Assembly (NCBI RefSeq): GCF_006345805.1
Contig: NC_042997.1
Location: forward strand, 151,466,001 to 151,530,000
From: Octopus sinensis
Taxonomy: Eukaryota
Reading direction: 5' to 3'
Length of the DNA: 64,000 nucleotides
Position 1 is the first letter of the stretch, and each line of letters begins with the position of its first letter. Position numbers and translations under genes: made by a program. The notes under the pieces are model-generated. The model made no database searches, was not told where the DNA came from, and saw only the letters and a program-made list of their open reading frames with translations. Shown here piece by piece: positions 1-13,641 of this stretch.

Positions 1-45
1 GCACCAATTATTGCAGGCACAATTTGTACTATTTTCGTAGACCAA

Positions 46-70
46 TTGTTGTTGTTGTTGTTGTTGTTGC

Positions 71-137
<67 letters not shown>
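46..137. repeat. (TTG)n(TTA)n microsatellite (insertion site of copy 1)
   Basis: Direct reading. Confidence 0.97.
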
Positions 138-140
<3 letters not shown>

Positions 141-234
141 TAGTTTTATTTTTATAGCGTGCTTTCACTTCACTACCGAGCGCAGCTCTGTGTGCCTTGG
201 GTATGTGCTGTGATTTGTTGTGATGCTCTGATGG

Positions 235-1335
235 TTATTGTATGGAAAGTGTTCTGCGTAGGATGTGTGCAGTGCCTAGTAGTGCAATTTTCTGTATGTT
301 ATATGTGTTTGTAAGTCCTGGTGTTTTTGTTATGTATTTGTCTGAATATTTTTTTATCATGCCTAATGCACCTACTATGATAGGAATTGTTTCTGTTTTC
401 AGGTTCCACATTCTAGTTACCTCTATTTCCAGGTCTTTGTATTTTGAGAGCTTCTCCATTTCTTTTAGAGACACGTTGTCATCTGCCGGTATTGATACAT
501 CAATTAGAAAGCATTTTTTTTCTTCATGATCTCTGACAACTATATCTGGTCTGTTGGCCTTAATTTCTCTATCTGTGTGTATCGGCATATCCCAGAGTAT
601 GGTTGCTTTCTCGTTTTCTGTGACCTTTTCTGGTGTGTGCCTATACCATCTTTTTTCTGTTGTTATTCCATAATGTTGGCATAGCTTCCAATGTATGTAG
701 GTTCCAACTCTGTCATGTCTGTGAATATATTCCTTCTTAGCCAAGACTGGGCAGCTAGAGATAATATGATTTATTGTTTCTTGTCCATCTCCACATATTC
801 TGCAGTTACTTGTAATATTTCTTTTCATTACATGTTTTTGGTAATTTCTGGTGGGGAGGCTTTGGTCTTGTGCTGCAATTAAAAATCCCTCTGTTTCTGC
901 TTTGAGTCCTGAGCTTCTCAACCATTGCTGGGATTTTTCTTTGTCTATTTCTTTTGCGTTTAGTTTAGTCCAGTATTTACCATGAAGGGGCTTTTCTTGC
1001 CATCGTTTTATCATGGCTCGTTGCTGTTCTATTTTTAGGTTGGATTTCATTTGTTTTATAGCTTTTGTTGTTTCTTCATCATCTTCTTCTTCTTTGTGTT
1101 TATTAGGTGGTATGATTTCTTGTTTGTATTTGTCAGCTTCCTTAAATACTGAGAACAGTTTTTTGTTTTGCTCGTGTTTTGCCGCTATCTGGATCAGTTT
1201 TCCTTCCTTCTGAAGTAGGTATTTTTGCAGTCCTATGGTGGTTATTTTATAGTAGTTTTCCAGCTGTATAAGGCCTCTACCACCTTCTATACGTTGTATA
1301 TATAGTCTTTCTATGTCAGATTTTGAGTGATGCAT
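235..1335 (-). pseudogene. C-terminal zinc knuckle + PD-(D/E)xK endonuclease part of the copy 1 ORF
   Basis: 366-aa ORF with GGRGL, CRIC..H.ISSC, HRHDRV, RPDIVV, DVSIP and KYKDLEIE motifs. Confidence 0.92.
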
Positions 1336-1484
1336 CCTAGATCCTGTCGGTATTTTTCTTGTTTTCCTATCTATTTTGGACAGTTCATTTCGTGTCCAGT
1401 TAAGGATATTGTAGCTGTAACTTATAACTGGGACAGCTAAAGTGTTGATACCTATTATCTTGTTTTTAGCATTGAGCTCTGTGT

Positions 1485-2861
1485 TTAGTATTGATCTCTA
1501 ACTCGTCTATAATATTCTTTTTTTATTTTCTCTTTCATTTGTGTGTGTTGTGTCTTATCTAGTTCATGGATTCCTAAGTATTTGTAAGTTTGGCTTTGGT
1601 CTAATTCTTTTATTTCATTGGTTTTATCTAGTGTGATGTTGTTACTCTTAACTAGTTTTCCTCTTTTCATGGTTACTTTGGCGCATTTTTTTAATCCAAA
1701 TTTCATATCTATTTCTTTGGTAAATCCATGAACTGTCTTTAATAGTGTTTCCAGCTGTTTGTCATTTGCAGCGTATAGTTTTAGGTCATCCATATATAAA
1801 AGGTGGCTGATCGTTTTGCCGTAACATTTATATCCGCATCCAGTTCTATTTAGCATATCAGATAGAGGTGACAGTGCCAAGCAGAAAAGGAGTGGAGAGA
1901 GCGTGTCTCCCTGGAATATTCCTCTTCTAATGGGGATGTCTTTGGTTTTCATGAGTCCCTCTTTTGTTTGGAGGTGTAGGACTGTTTGCCATTTATTCAT
2001 AGAGTGCTCTATGAATTTTATGATTGTTGGTGCTACTTTGTTAATGGCTAGTGTTTCGAGGATCCATGTGTGGGGGATGCTATCAAACGCCTTTTTGTAG
2101 TCAATCCAGGCCGTACTGAGGCCTTTCTTCTTTCTGTGGCTGTCTTCAGTTATGACTTTATTAATCATTAGTTGATCTTTACAGCCATATGAGCCTTTGC
2201 GGCATCCTTTCTGCTCTTCTGGGAACAGTTTGTTTTCGTCCAGGTGCTTGTTCAGCCTTTGCGATATCACTGCAGTAAATGCCTTGAACATAGTAGGGAG
2301 GCAGGTTATTGGTCTGTAGTTTTCTGGTTTTGTTGTTTCATTTGATTTGGGAATTAAGATGGTTTTCCACTTCGTGAGCCATTCAGGCATTGTCTCTGGC
2401 TCTGCTAGTATGCTGTTAAAGTTTTCAGCCAGCTTTTTGTGCATTCCTGTTAGATATTTCAACCAGAAGTTGGGGATCTTGTCATGCCCAGGTGCCTTCC
2501 AGTTGCTTAGTTTTTGCAGTGCCTGGGTGACCTCTTCAGTTGTTATGGGGGTCCAATGTTGTTCAGATGCCGAGTTTGTTATTTTCATACTCCTTTTTTT
2601 TGGCTGTTCGTTCGCCGACCATATTTCTTTCCAGAATTCTTCCAATTCTTCTGCCGTTGGTGCTGCAGTGACTTCTATTTTATTTTTGCCCAGTTCTTGG
2701 TAGAACTTTTTGGGGTCGGAGTTGAACTTTTTGTTCTGTTCAAAGAAGCGTTGGCGTTTCTCGTACCGGCGGATCCTTTGAGTTTTGGCAAGGATATCTT
2801 GCTTCAGCTTTTCTTTTATCTCCGGCAAATCTTTTTCTGTGATGTTATATTTGCGGAGCAT
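1485..2861 (-). pseudogene. Reverse transcriptase part of the copy 1 ORF (frameshifted at both ends)
   Basis: 458-aa ORF with WKAPGHDKIPNFW, NYRPITCL, DYKKAFDS, QGDTLSP and YMDD motifs; ends prematurely at RVRDQY*. Confidence 0.92.
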
Positions 2862-3541
2862 TTTTGTTCTCTTTTTGTTGCTCAGTAGCGTTGCTTGTTT
2901 GCTGATTTCATTAAGAATCGACAGGTCTTTTCTAATTTTTTCTTTATTTTGTTTTGGATGTTATTTATACACAGGGTTTGTTTGGGTGGTGGTACTCCTC
3001 TTTGGGCGGGTTTGGGTGAGTATCCAGCTTCTTTTGTGGCTACAGTGGGTGCTGCGTATATCAAGTCATTTAGTTCAGTGATATCACTTTTTTTTGTTTC
3101 AGTGGCTAGTTCAGTGACGGCTAGGTTTATGTTGTTTATAATTGGTGTTGTTATTGCGTTTATTTTTATTCTTGGGAGGTATGGTCGGTGGTCCATTTTG
3201 GGCTCTGTGGTTTTCAGTTCTTTGAGTATTTTATTTTTTACGTCTTTTGGGTTTTAATTGCGGGACATGAGGTACAACGTCCGGCCCATTATTTTGACGG
3301 TCGTTATTTTCGTAGGGTACCGGTCCGTTTATTTCTGTTGTCACATTATTTCGCACGTGTAGTTTTTCGTACATTTTTTGTTGTAGGTTTAATGTACGTA
3401 CCGCTCGATTGTTATTCTTGGTTTGAATAGTATCGTTGGCATTTAATTTCTTCGTAGTTCCTTTGTACATGGTGTTTGAGGTCGGGGATGATCGTGTTGT
3501 TCCACGCATGTTTACATGTGTTGTGTTAGAGGTGGAGATAA

Positions 3542-3733
<192 letters not shown>

Positions 3734-3839
3734 TTAACGTCACTATTTTTCATTATCATCTTCTTTCAATTCTGTTTCCCTTTCTTGCCAAGTGTCTTCC
3801 TGACACCTAGAGTAGAGAAACGCACAACTATCCCTAAAG

Positions 3840-4320
3840 CACACTCTCCACTCCAATTATGAAGAAAAGAGGGGATGAAACCGATAAACTGTCTACAGTC
3901 TGTCTACCATATGTGAAATGCCTCTTCGAAAAGATACAAAAGATATGCGGCCCCTCTGACCTCAGGACGGTATCAAAAGTAATACAAGATTTCGCAAATA
4001 TCTCCTTCGAGTAAAACCATCAATAGAAGAGAGTATGACTAAGAACTGCGTGTACTCCATCCCATGCAGCTGTGCTAGGTTATACAAAGGCGAAACATGC
4101 CACCCCCTCAAAATAGGGTTAGAGGAACATCGCAAAGCTGTGACACGGGGAGATATTGAGAAATCGGGTATAGCTGATCATGTATGGAAAAATGGAGATA
4201 CCCCCCCCCCTGTAGGATGAAGTTAAAATAATAGACAGAAAACACCACTGGAAAATACGAAAACTAAAAGAAGCAGCACATATGTTGGACACAACAACCT
4301 CCTAAGCAGACCGAGTGCCG
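3840..4320 (+). mobile_element. Penelope-like element relic (GIY-YIG endonuclease C-terminus)
   Basis: Translates across frames as VCLPYVKCLFEKIQKIC, CVYSIPCSCARLYKGETCHPLKIGLEEH, SGIADHVW and DEVKIIDRKHHWKIRKLKEAAHM, which follows the typical PLE GIY-YIG layout. Confidence 0.8.
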
Positions 4321-5263
4321 ACATAAATAGCGCGTCTCTTCTATCTGCTTCATAACCTCCCCCGACGGTATCGATAGCCCGTCCAGACATTTGATTTTGC
4401 CTCTCTTCAAGACTAACACACCATACTTTTTCAGTTCCGACTCCATTCCGATATCAACATGTCAGCGAGGGAACTAACTTGGGCTTCATCTTTACCATAA
4501 AGTTTGAGATCATCCATGAATAACAAATGGTTGATATTTTGTTGGCGGCTCTTGAATACATACTCAGCCTTTGCTGTCCTCAGAATCAGTGTTAGTGGTA
4601 TCATGCACAGTGCAAGAATCAGAGACAGGCAGTCCCGTTGGAAGATGCCTCTCCTGATTTCGTTTGTCCCTAAACTTCTTCCAGCGCTCAACAATCGATG
4701 CAATGCCAAGTAGATTCATACATTCCATTATCCAACCATTGACAACCACTCTGGTGTTACTTGGTCGGCATTTAACAAGGTGTTTGTTGTGAAGCTATTT
4801 GTGCATGACATTCACCAAATCTTTTGATTTATTAGCCTTGAACTCCATCTGGTCCTAGGGCCTTCCAGTTGCCAATTTTTGTGGTGATTTCCCTCACTTC
4901 CCTAACTGAAATGACTAGTTCTGCCTGTTTTGGACAGACTACTGTTTCATTTTCTGCAACCATTCAGCATCCTTCTTGGGCACCTTGTCTTTGCTCCAGA
5001 TGTCACTCCAAAACTTTTAACTTTCAATGTTATCTGGTATCAACTTTTCATCTGTACACTCTCCATTTATTTCGTTATAGAATCTGTTCTGATCTACTCT
5101 GAATAACTTATGCTGGTGGTAACCATAAATTCTTTAGTCGTATCTTACAATCTTCGCTTTCTTTGCAACGAGGCGCTCTTTCAGTTCTTCCATTACCACT
5201 TTCAGGACCTTTCTTTCAATAATATACTTCTTTCAATGTTAAACCCATTCTTTGGTCGTATCT

Positions 5264-5270
<7 letters not shown>
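4320..5270 (-). mobile_element. Older, rearranged R4/Dong-like RT relic
   Basis: Fragments IRRGIFQRDCLS..HLLFMDDLKLYGK, LKKYGVLVLKRGK and LKERLVAKKAKIVRYD; much more diverged than copies 1 and 2; abuts a (CTA)n tract. Confidence 0.75.
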
Positions 5271-5340
<70 letters not shown>

Positions 5341-5347
5341 CATCACC

Positions 5348-5427
<80 letters not shown>

Positions 5428-5428
5428 C
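5265..5428. repeat. (CTA)n/(CCA)n microsatellite
   Basis: Direct reading. Confidence 0.97.
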
Positions 5429-6979
5429 CATTTGTTAACAAGACTTTACGTTTTGAGCTCAGCTTTACAATTCATCTTTGCAAGTTGAAAGAAAATTGTG
5501 GTAGTGGTGGTCGATCGCCCCTGTTTGAATAGAAGGATTCAGCTGTACGATCATCTGAAGTAACTGCTCGTAAATGACCGTGTATGCGACAGTTTTCCAA
5601 ACACATGTGCACCCTTCATCTCATTCTCTAGCAGAATCGCTGTGGTACAATATGTGTCAAAATGCTGTACATTTTGAAATACAGGTTCAATCCTCTTGAA
5701 GGTGTTCTATACTGTATCTTTCTACCCAGATTCACTCCCAAGATACTTGTCGACGCGTGGCACTGGAAAATCATATTGATCCAAATCGACTTGTAGTGAT
5801 ATTGAATCCGGAAATTTGGGTTTGTGAAACCATCTTCTTAATCATTCATCCATACAGTGGCTATTAATATTTAACTAAAACTAGTCAAGTACTGTGTTGT
5901 TTTAATTAAATGCACTCTTCTCCCCATAATGTGTACCCTTATGCCATTGTTAAAAATCGATTTTAGTCCAGTGTGTCGATTTAATGATTGAAATAGTGGA
6001 GATATTATTATGGAATTGGGTAACAATATTTACAGTCTTAGTTCAAACGTTTCCGATGTTCAAATGCTTTGCTTTTCATAAAAAAATATCTGCGAATTAC
6101 TGAGAACGATTAATCGATTATTCACTCCGAACAAATATATCGTGGTTAACAGAAAATTTTATTCCTATCTATGAGAGTTGTGAAGTACTAAACGATGGAT
6201 GAGAGATGAAATGTTACTTTAATCGGTTGTTTCATTACATTTTGAATTCAAATTATCCCGGATACTTCCCTATTATCATCCTTCTGTAAAATTAATCTAT
6301 GGGTTTTGATTAAATATACACCATACTCATAAAATCTTTGGATCTTTTTTTCTCCACTTTTTATTTTCATAATAAATTATGAAGCTCGTATGGTTTGATT
6401 GTATTATAAAACATGCTATTGAATTATTTTCTGTTTTGATTTTTCTATATGTGTACCTTGTTTGACAAAAGATAAGTTGCAAAACTTGATCAGAGATGTA
6501 GTATGAATCAAGAAAAAAGATATAAAATATCTTCTCTTTAGCAATGTTCATACGCCTCGGGTATTGCTATCTTCGAAAAATACTGCACATTTTGGAGCAG
6601 TATCTAGCCATTTTTATTAAAATCAGTTCTTAAAATATTCTTGACTTCATAGAAGAATGATAGAAATTGATTTCGATAGGATTTGAACTCAGAATGCAAT
6701 TGTAGCAACGAAATAGTGCAACACATTTTTCGACGCTTTAATGATTCTACCAATCAATCTAATACCATTAAAAGTTGTAGAGGTTTGAAATGGGTGCCTT
6801 GTTATCATTGATTTTGCGGTTCTACATCTAGAGTTCAAATCATTCTGCTTTCGATTTTTGCCTTTCATCTCTCCTACATCGATAAACGAAATATGAGTAA
6901 TTTAAATTCTGTCAAATATATTCATTTCAGTAAATATAAGCTCGCTTCAGATATATGATATTATGACAGAAAAATATGC

Positions 6980-7093
<114 letters not shown>

Positions 7094-7806
7094 TGATTTG
7101 TTCAGAGAACTAGACAAAATCATTTACAGAAGTTAGTTTCGACAGAATCGTTAGTGCGTCGGACAAACTGCTTGCATAATTTCTTTATGTGCCAAGTTCA
7201 AATTGCAGTGAGCTCATCTTTGTCTTTTAATCCTTTTGAGGTCGTTGAAATAAAATCAGTCGATAACTGAAATTAATAGTAACGATCAAACCCCATTAAA
7301 GTCTTGGCTTTGTGTCACAAACAGAAAGTATTTTGCCGGCCTTGAGTCAAATTTTGAAACAGATATTATTATTTAGTCGTTTTCTTGGTATCGGTTCAGT
7401 CAGCTTTAACTCGCTCGTATCAATGCATTTTGCCTTTAGACAAGATTCCTGTTACTTACTCCAAAACACATCATCACTAAAATTACTAATTGACTAATGC
7501 TTTAGGAAGACAGTGAACGAAGCGACTTAACCTACTTGTAAGGTTAACCAGCGAGATAGTGGTTTCAGGTCACTCGACCTACAAAATTTAGCTGCCAAAA
7601 CACTGTTAAATAATAGTATACTGTCTTAAAATTAAAAAGATGAAACGTACATTGAGTTATGTGTGACCAAATAATAGCTGGATTAGTCATCGGTGGAGTG
7701 TCTTTGATCAGAACTTTGTGTGATCCAAGTCAACTTTCGAATTGGAATTAAATAACAACTACTGATATAAACGTCGTCATTATTCAGGATACAGTCACCA
7801 CCACCT

Positions 7807-7840
<34 letters not shown>

Positions 7841-8579
7841 ATATTCTGCTGCAACTGCTGCAGCTGTTATTTTCTATTTAAACTTCAATCACAGCTACAA
7901 CTCTCATTGTGAATTCTGTTTGGGTAAATAATACGACAAACGCATTCACACTCAAAGTAGTCAACAACAAAAGGAAATCGAAAGTGAAATAAATTAATGA
8001 GTTAAAAATAAAAAATAAAATACAAAGAAAAAAACTAAAACCAATCAAACTTTAGAGTGTAATCAAACACCATGTTAACGTATGAAAGTACTGGTCCAAC
8101 TGCAAACACTGTTGTACACATGTTTACCAATATAATATTACAGGTCTACACTACCACTAAACTACTGTATTAAATACCTGCATCACTAGCTTCATACAAT
8201 ACATGGTAATTCATTTCCCTATATTAACAAAACAATGATTAATTCTCTATATTAGAATAAACGAAGTCCATAACAATGACGTGCAGTCAGCTGCAGTACG
8301 TTTGGTACTTACGAAAAACCAAAATAGATGTTAATCGAATTTTAAAGTAATGACAATGTCTATAAATGCAATCGAAAAGATGCTCTATGGATTCCCAAAC
8401 TTTGAGGTAAATACACATTCTTTCTAAAGCTCTTACCCTAAAGAATTAACACAGAAAAAAAACTCAAAAAAACATTGTTGTAATTCACGGTGCTATGTTT
8501 TTCTAATTTGCTGGTTTTATTCCAAGAATTCTGGTCATGTGTCGACACCGCCTTCGGAAGTAATCTGTAATGATGAAGT

Positions 8580-8843
8580 TATTTAAGTACAAAGACCTAG
8601 AAACAGAAATGACCAAGATATGGGGAATGAAAAGCAGCAGAGCACCAGTGGTGATTGGAGCGTTAGGGCGAATTAAAAAGGCCTTGAAAAGCAGCTCAAC
8701 AAACTCCCTTGCAGTGTTAACGTGGGAGAACTTCAGAAAATAGTGTTGCTAGGTTCCTCACACATTTTGCGCCGTGTACTCTCCATGAGATGACGACTTG
8801 CTGTGACCCTAGTGTCAAGAGATGACAGCGGATAATATTTTAT

Positions 8844-8845
<2 letters not shown>
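8580..8845 (+). mobile_element. 3'-terminal fragment of an older R4/Dong-like element ending in (TAA)n
   Basis: Translates (one frameshift) as KYKDLETEMTKIWGMK..PVVIGALG..LQKIVLLGSSHILRRVLSMR*, homologous to the C-terminus of copies 1 and 2; followed by (TAA)n(CAA)n. Confidence 0.8.
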
Positions 8846-8907
<62 letters not shown>

Positions 8908-9470
8908 CAACAACAACAACAACAACAACAAACAACAACAATAATAATAATATGCTAGGCGCTAGCTCTCATGGCTTCTGATCTTAACTGATTGGAATTG
9001 TTATCATGTACAGACCGGCTACAACAACTATTCTGCTCAATACCACAGATTTACTGGTCACTTACTTGACCGTAAATATTTGAGCATGTCTCTTTGTGGC
9101 TGACGACCAGAGCATCTCTGATAACGACCGGAAATTTTGGGGGAGCGTCATATCATTGTGTTGAGAGGAATACTTTCGGGTTTGAATAAAGCACATCTGG
9201 AAATATGGCTGGTTCATTCAACATCTTTAAACAAGACCTTTGAGTAGGATGGGCTACTCGACCAGACGAAAATCCTAACAGGGTCTCACCTGCAAGAAAA
9301 TGTGCTATTTATATTGATATGAGATCACCATGTCGCGCATATATGTTTGTGATGCGTATGCATGTTGGACCTTTATCAGACGAGTAGTCGTGATCCCCAT
9401 GTCGTCATTGTTCTTCGTATATTTGTACCTCAGTGTCACTTTGATTGCATGCACTGCTCCCTCATCCATT

Positions 9471-9505
<35 letters not shown>

Positions 9506-9513
9506 ACAACAAC

Positions 9514-9563
<50 letters not shown>

Positions 9564-9564
<1 letters not shown>

Positions 9565-9796
9565 GGAAAAGACACCGGGGACGTTTAAGAGGAAAAGACA
9601 CCTGGGACGTTTAAGAGGAAAAGACACCGGGGATGTTTAAGAGGAAAAGACACCGGGGACGTTTAAGAGGAAAAGACACCTGGGACGTTTAAGAGGAAAA
9701 GACACCGGGGACGTTTAAGAGGAAAAGACACCGGGGACGTTTAAGAGGAAAATATACCGGGGACGTTTAAAGGAAAAGACACCGGGGACGTTTAAG
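9564..9796 (+). repeat. 9 x 26-bp tandem repeat AGGAAAAGACACC(G/T)GGGACGTTTAAG at the 5' end of copy 2
   Basis: Units start at 9564, 9590, 9616, 9642, 9668, 9694, 9720, 9746 (25 bp) and 9771; no spacers. Confidence 0.95.
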
Positions 9797-9998
9797 ATGT
9801 AAGAAGGAAAATACAGAGCTCCGAAATCTATCCACAAACATCGAAAACAAGGACACCCTATGGAGCCAAAGATTTACTAACAAAGAATTGGACTATATCC
9901 GAGTAAGTAATACGAATTGAAATTTATTACTATTTTCGAAACGAAATGATGTATTTTGACTCGATATTATCTCCACCTCTAACACAACACATGTAAAC

Positions 9999-12900
9999 AT
10001 GCGTGGAACAACACGATCATCCCCGACCTCAAACACCATGTACAAAGGAACTACGAGAAAATTAAATGCCACCGATACTATTCAACCCAAGAATAACAAT
10101 CGAGCGGTACGTACATTAAACCTACAACAAAAAATGTACGAAAAACTACACGTGCGAAATAATGTGACAACAGAAATAAACGGACCGGTACCGTACGAAA
10201 ATGACGACCGTCAAAATAATGGGCCGGACGTTGTACCTCATGTCCCGCAATTAAAACCCAAAAGACGTAAATGGACACGTGAGGAATACATTTCTATCTT
10301 ACACGCATACTTCACAGCAATGCTCTACCCACAAAATGAAAATACAACAACACATACATATAAAATATGGAAGGAAAATAATAGAGATATAGACTTGGAT
10401 ACAGCAATGAACCCTAATAAATTAGCTAACGTACGAAGATACATTCTCAAAGCCAAAAAAATATCAGAAATAGAATAGAACATTTAAAAGAAAAAATACA
10501 CCAGGAAAATGTAGATAGAAGCCACACAACAATGCCCAAAAATATAAACACTGAAACTGTAAAACACGAAGACAAACGCAACATTCACAACAAACACGAT
10601 GTAAACAACGAAGGGGAGCCTAATGATTATGATAATATAAAAAAAAAAATAATCAAAGAACTAAAAACCACAGAGCTCAAAAGGACCACCGACCATACCT
10701 CCCAAGAATAAAAATAAACGCAATAACAACACCAATTATAAACAACATAAACCTAGCCGTCACTGAACTAGCCACTGAAACAAAAAAAAAGTGATATCAC
10801 TGAACTAAATGACTTGATATACGCAGCAGCCACTGCAGCCACAAAAGAAGCTGGATACTCACCCAAACCCGCCCAAACAGGAGTACCACCACCCAAACAA
10901 ACCCTGTGGATAAATAACATCCAAAACAAAATAAAAAAAAATTAGAAAAGACCTGTCGATTCTTAATGAAATCAGCAAACAAGCAACGCTACTGAGCAAC
11001 AAAAAGAGAACAAAAATGCTCCGCAAATATAACATCACAGAAAAAGATTTGCCAGAGATAAAAGAAAAGCTGAAGCAAGATATCCTTGCCAAAGCTCAAA
11101 GGATGCGCCGGTACGAGAAACGCCAACGCTTCTTTGAACAGAACAAAAAGTTCAACTCCGACCCCAAAAAGTTCTACCAAGAACTGGGCAAAAATAAAAT
11201 AGAAGTCACTGCAGCACCAACGGCAGAAGAATTGGAAGAATTCTGGAGAGAAATATGGTCGGCGAACGAACAGCCAAAAAAAAGGAGTATGAAAATAACA
11301 AACTCGGCATCTGAACAACTTTGGACCCCCATAACAACTGAAGAGGTCACCCAGGCACTGCAAAAACTAAGCAACTGGAAAGCACCTGGGCATGACAAGA
11401 TCCCCAACTTCTAGTTGAAATATCTAACAGGAATGCAAAAAAAGCTGGCTGAAAACTTTAACAGCATACTAGCAGAGCCAGAGACAATGCCTGAATGGCT
11501 CACAAAGGGGAAAACCATCTTAATTCCCAAATCAAATGAAACAACAAAACCAGAAAACTACAGACCAATAACCTGCCTCCCTACTATGTTCAAGGCATTT
11601 ACTGCAGTGATATCGCAAAGGCTGAACAAGCACCTGGACGAAAACAAACTGTTCCCAGAAGAGCAGAAAGGATGCCGCAAGGGCTCATATGGCTGTAAAG
11701 ATCAACTAATGATTAATAAAGCCATAACTGAAGACAGCCACAGAAAGAAGAAATGCCTCAGTATGGCCTGGATTGACTACAAAAAGGCGTTTGATAGCAT
11801 CCCCCACACATGGATCCTCGAAACACTAGCCATTAACAAAGTGGCACCAACAATCATAAAATTCATAGAGCACTCTATGAACAAATGGCAAACAGTCCTA
11901 CACCTCCAAACAAAAGAGGGACTCATGAAAACCAAAGACATCCCCATTAGAAGAGGAATATTCCAGGGAGACACGCTCTCTCCACTCCTTTTCTGCTTGG
12001 CACTGTCACCTCTATCTGATATGCTAAATAGAACTGGATGCGGATATAAATGTTACGGCAAAACGATCAGCCACCTTTTATATATGGATGACCTAAAACT
12101 ATACCTGCAAATGACAAACAGCTGGAAACACTATTAAAGACAGTTCATGGATTTACCAAAGAAATAGATATGAAATTTGGATTAGAAAAATGCGCCAAAG
12201 TAACCATGAAAAGAGGAAAACTAGTTAAGAGTAACAACATCACACTAGATAAAACCAATGAAATAAAAGAATTAGACCAAAGCCAAACTTACAAATACTT
12301 AGGAATCCATGAACTAGATAAGACACAACACACACAAATGAAAGAGAAAATAAAAAAAGAATATTATAGACGAGATAGAGATCAATACTAAACACAGAGC
12401 TCAATGCTAAAAACATGATAATAAGTATCAACACTTTAGCTGTCCCAGTTATAAGTTACAGCTACAATATCCTTAACTGGACACGAAATGAACTGACCAA
12501 AATAGATAGGAAAACAAGAAAAATAATGACAGGATCTAGGATGCATCACTCAAAATCTGACATAGAAAGACTATATATACAACGTATAGAAGGTGGTAGA
12601 GGCCTTATACAGCTGGAAAGCTACTATAAAATAACCACCATAGGACTGCAAAAATATCTACTTCAGAAGGAAGGAAAACTGATCCAGATAGCGGCAAAAC
12701 ACGAGCAAAACAAGAAACTGTTCTCAGTATTTAAGGAAGCTGACAAATACAAACAAGAAATCATTCCACCTAATAAACATGAAGAAGAAGAAGAAGATGA
12801 AGAATCAACAAAAGCTATAAAACAAATGAAATCCAAACTAAAAATAGAACAGCAACGAACCATGATAAAACGATGGCAAGAAAAGCCCTTTCATGGTAAA

Positions 12901-13641
12901 TACTGGACTAAACTAAACGCAAAAGAAATAGACAAAGAAAAATCCCAGCAATGGTTGAGAAGCTCAGGACTCAAAGCAGAAACAGAGGGATTTTTAATTG
13001 CAGCACAAGACCAAAGCCTCCCCACCAGATATTACCAAAAACATGTAATGAAAAGAAATATTACAAGTAACTGCAGAATATGTGGAGATGGACAAGAAAC
13101 AATAAATCATAATATCTCTAGCTGCCCAGTCCTGGCTAAGAAGGAATATATTCACAGACATGACAGAGTTGGAACCTACATACATTGGAAGCTATGCCAA
13201 CATTATGGAATAACAACAGAAAAAAGATGGTATAGGCACACACCAGAAAAGGTCACAGAAAACGAGAAAGCAACCATACTCTGGGATATGCCGATACACA
13301 CAGATAGAGAAATTAAGGCCAACAGACCAGATATAGTTGTCAGAGATCATGAAGAAAAAAAATGCTTTCTAATTGATGTATCAATACCGGCAGATGACAA
13401 CGTGTCTCTAAAAGAAATGGAGAAACTCTCAAAATACAAAGACCTGGAAATAGAGGTAACTAGAATGTGGAACCTGAAAACAGAAACAATTCCTATCATA
13501 GTAGGTGCATTAGGCATGATAAAAAAATATTCAGACAAATACATAACAAAAACACCAGGACTTACAAACACATATAACATACAGAAAATTGCATTACTAG
13601 GCACTGCACACATCCTACGCAGAACACTTTCCATACAATAA
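9999..13641 (+). pseudogene. Disrupted single ORF of copy 2 (N-terminal Myb-like region, RT, CCHC, REL endonuclease)
   Basis: TAG at 11412-11414 where copy 1 has TGG; frameshifts near 10476, 10935, 12105 and 12378. Confidence 0.88.

Noticed and set aside
9564-9796. CRISPR-like array
   Set aside because: Units are directly adjacent with no spacers, there are no cas genes, and the context is eukaryotic.
12345-12391. Programmed -1 ribosomal frameshift at A-AAA-AAA upstream of the shared frameshift
   Set aside because: The -1 frame hits TAG twice before rejoining the downstream ORF.
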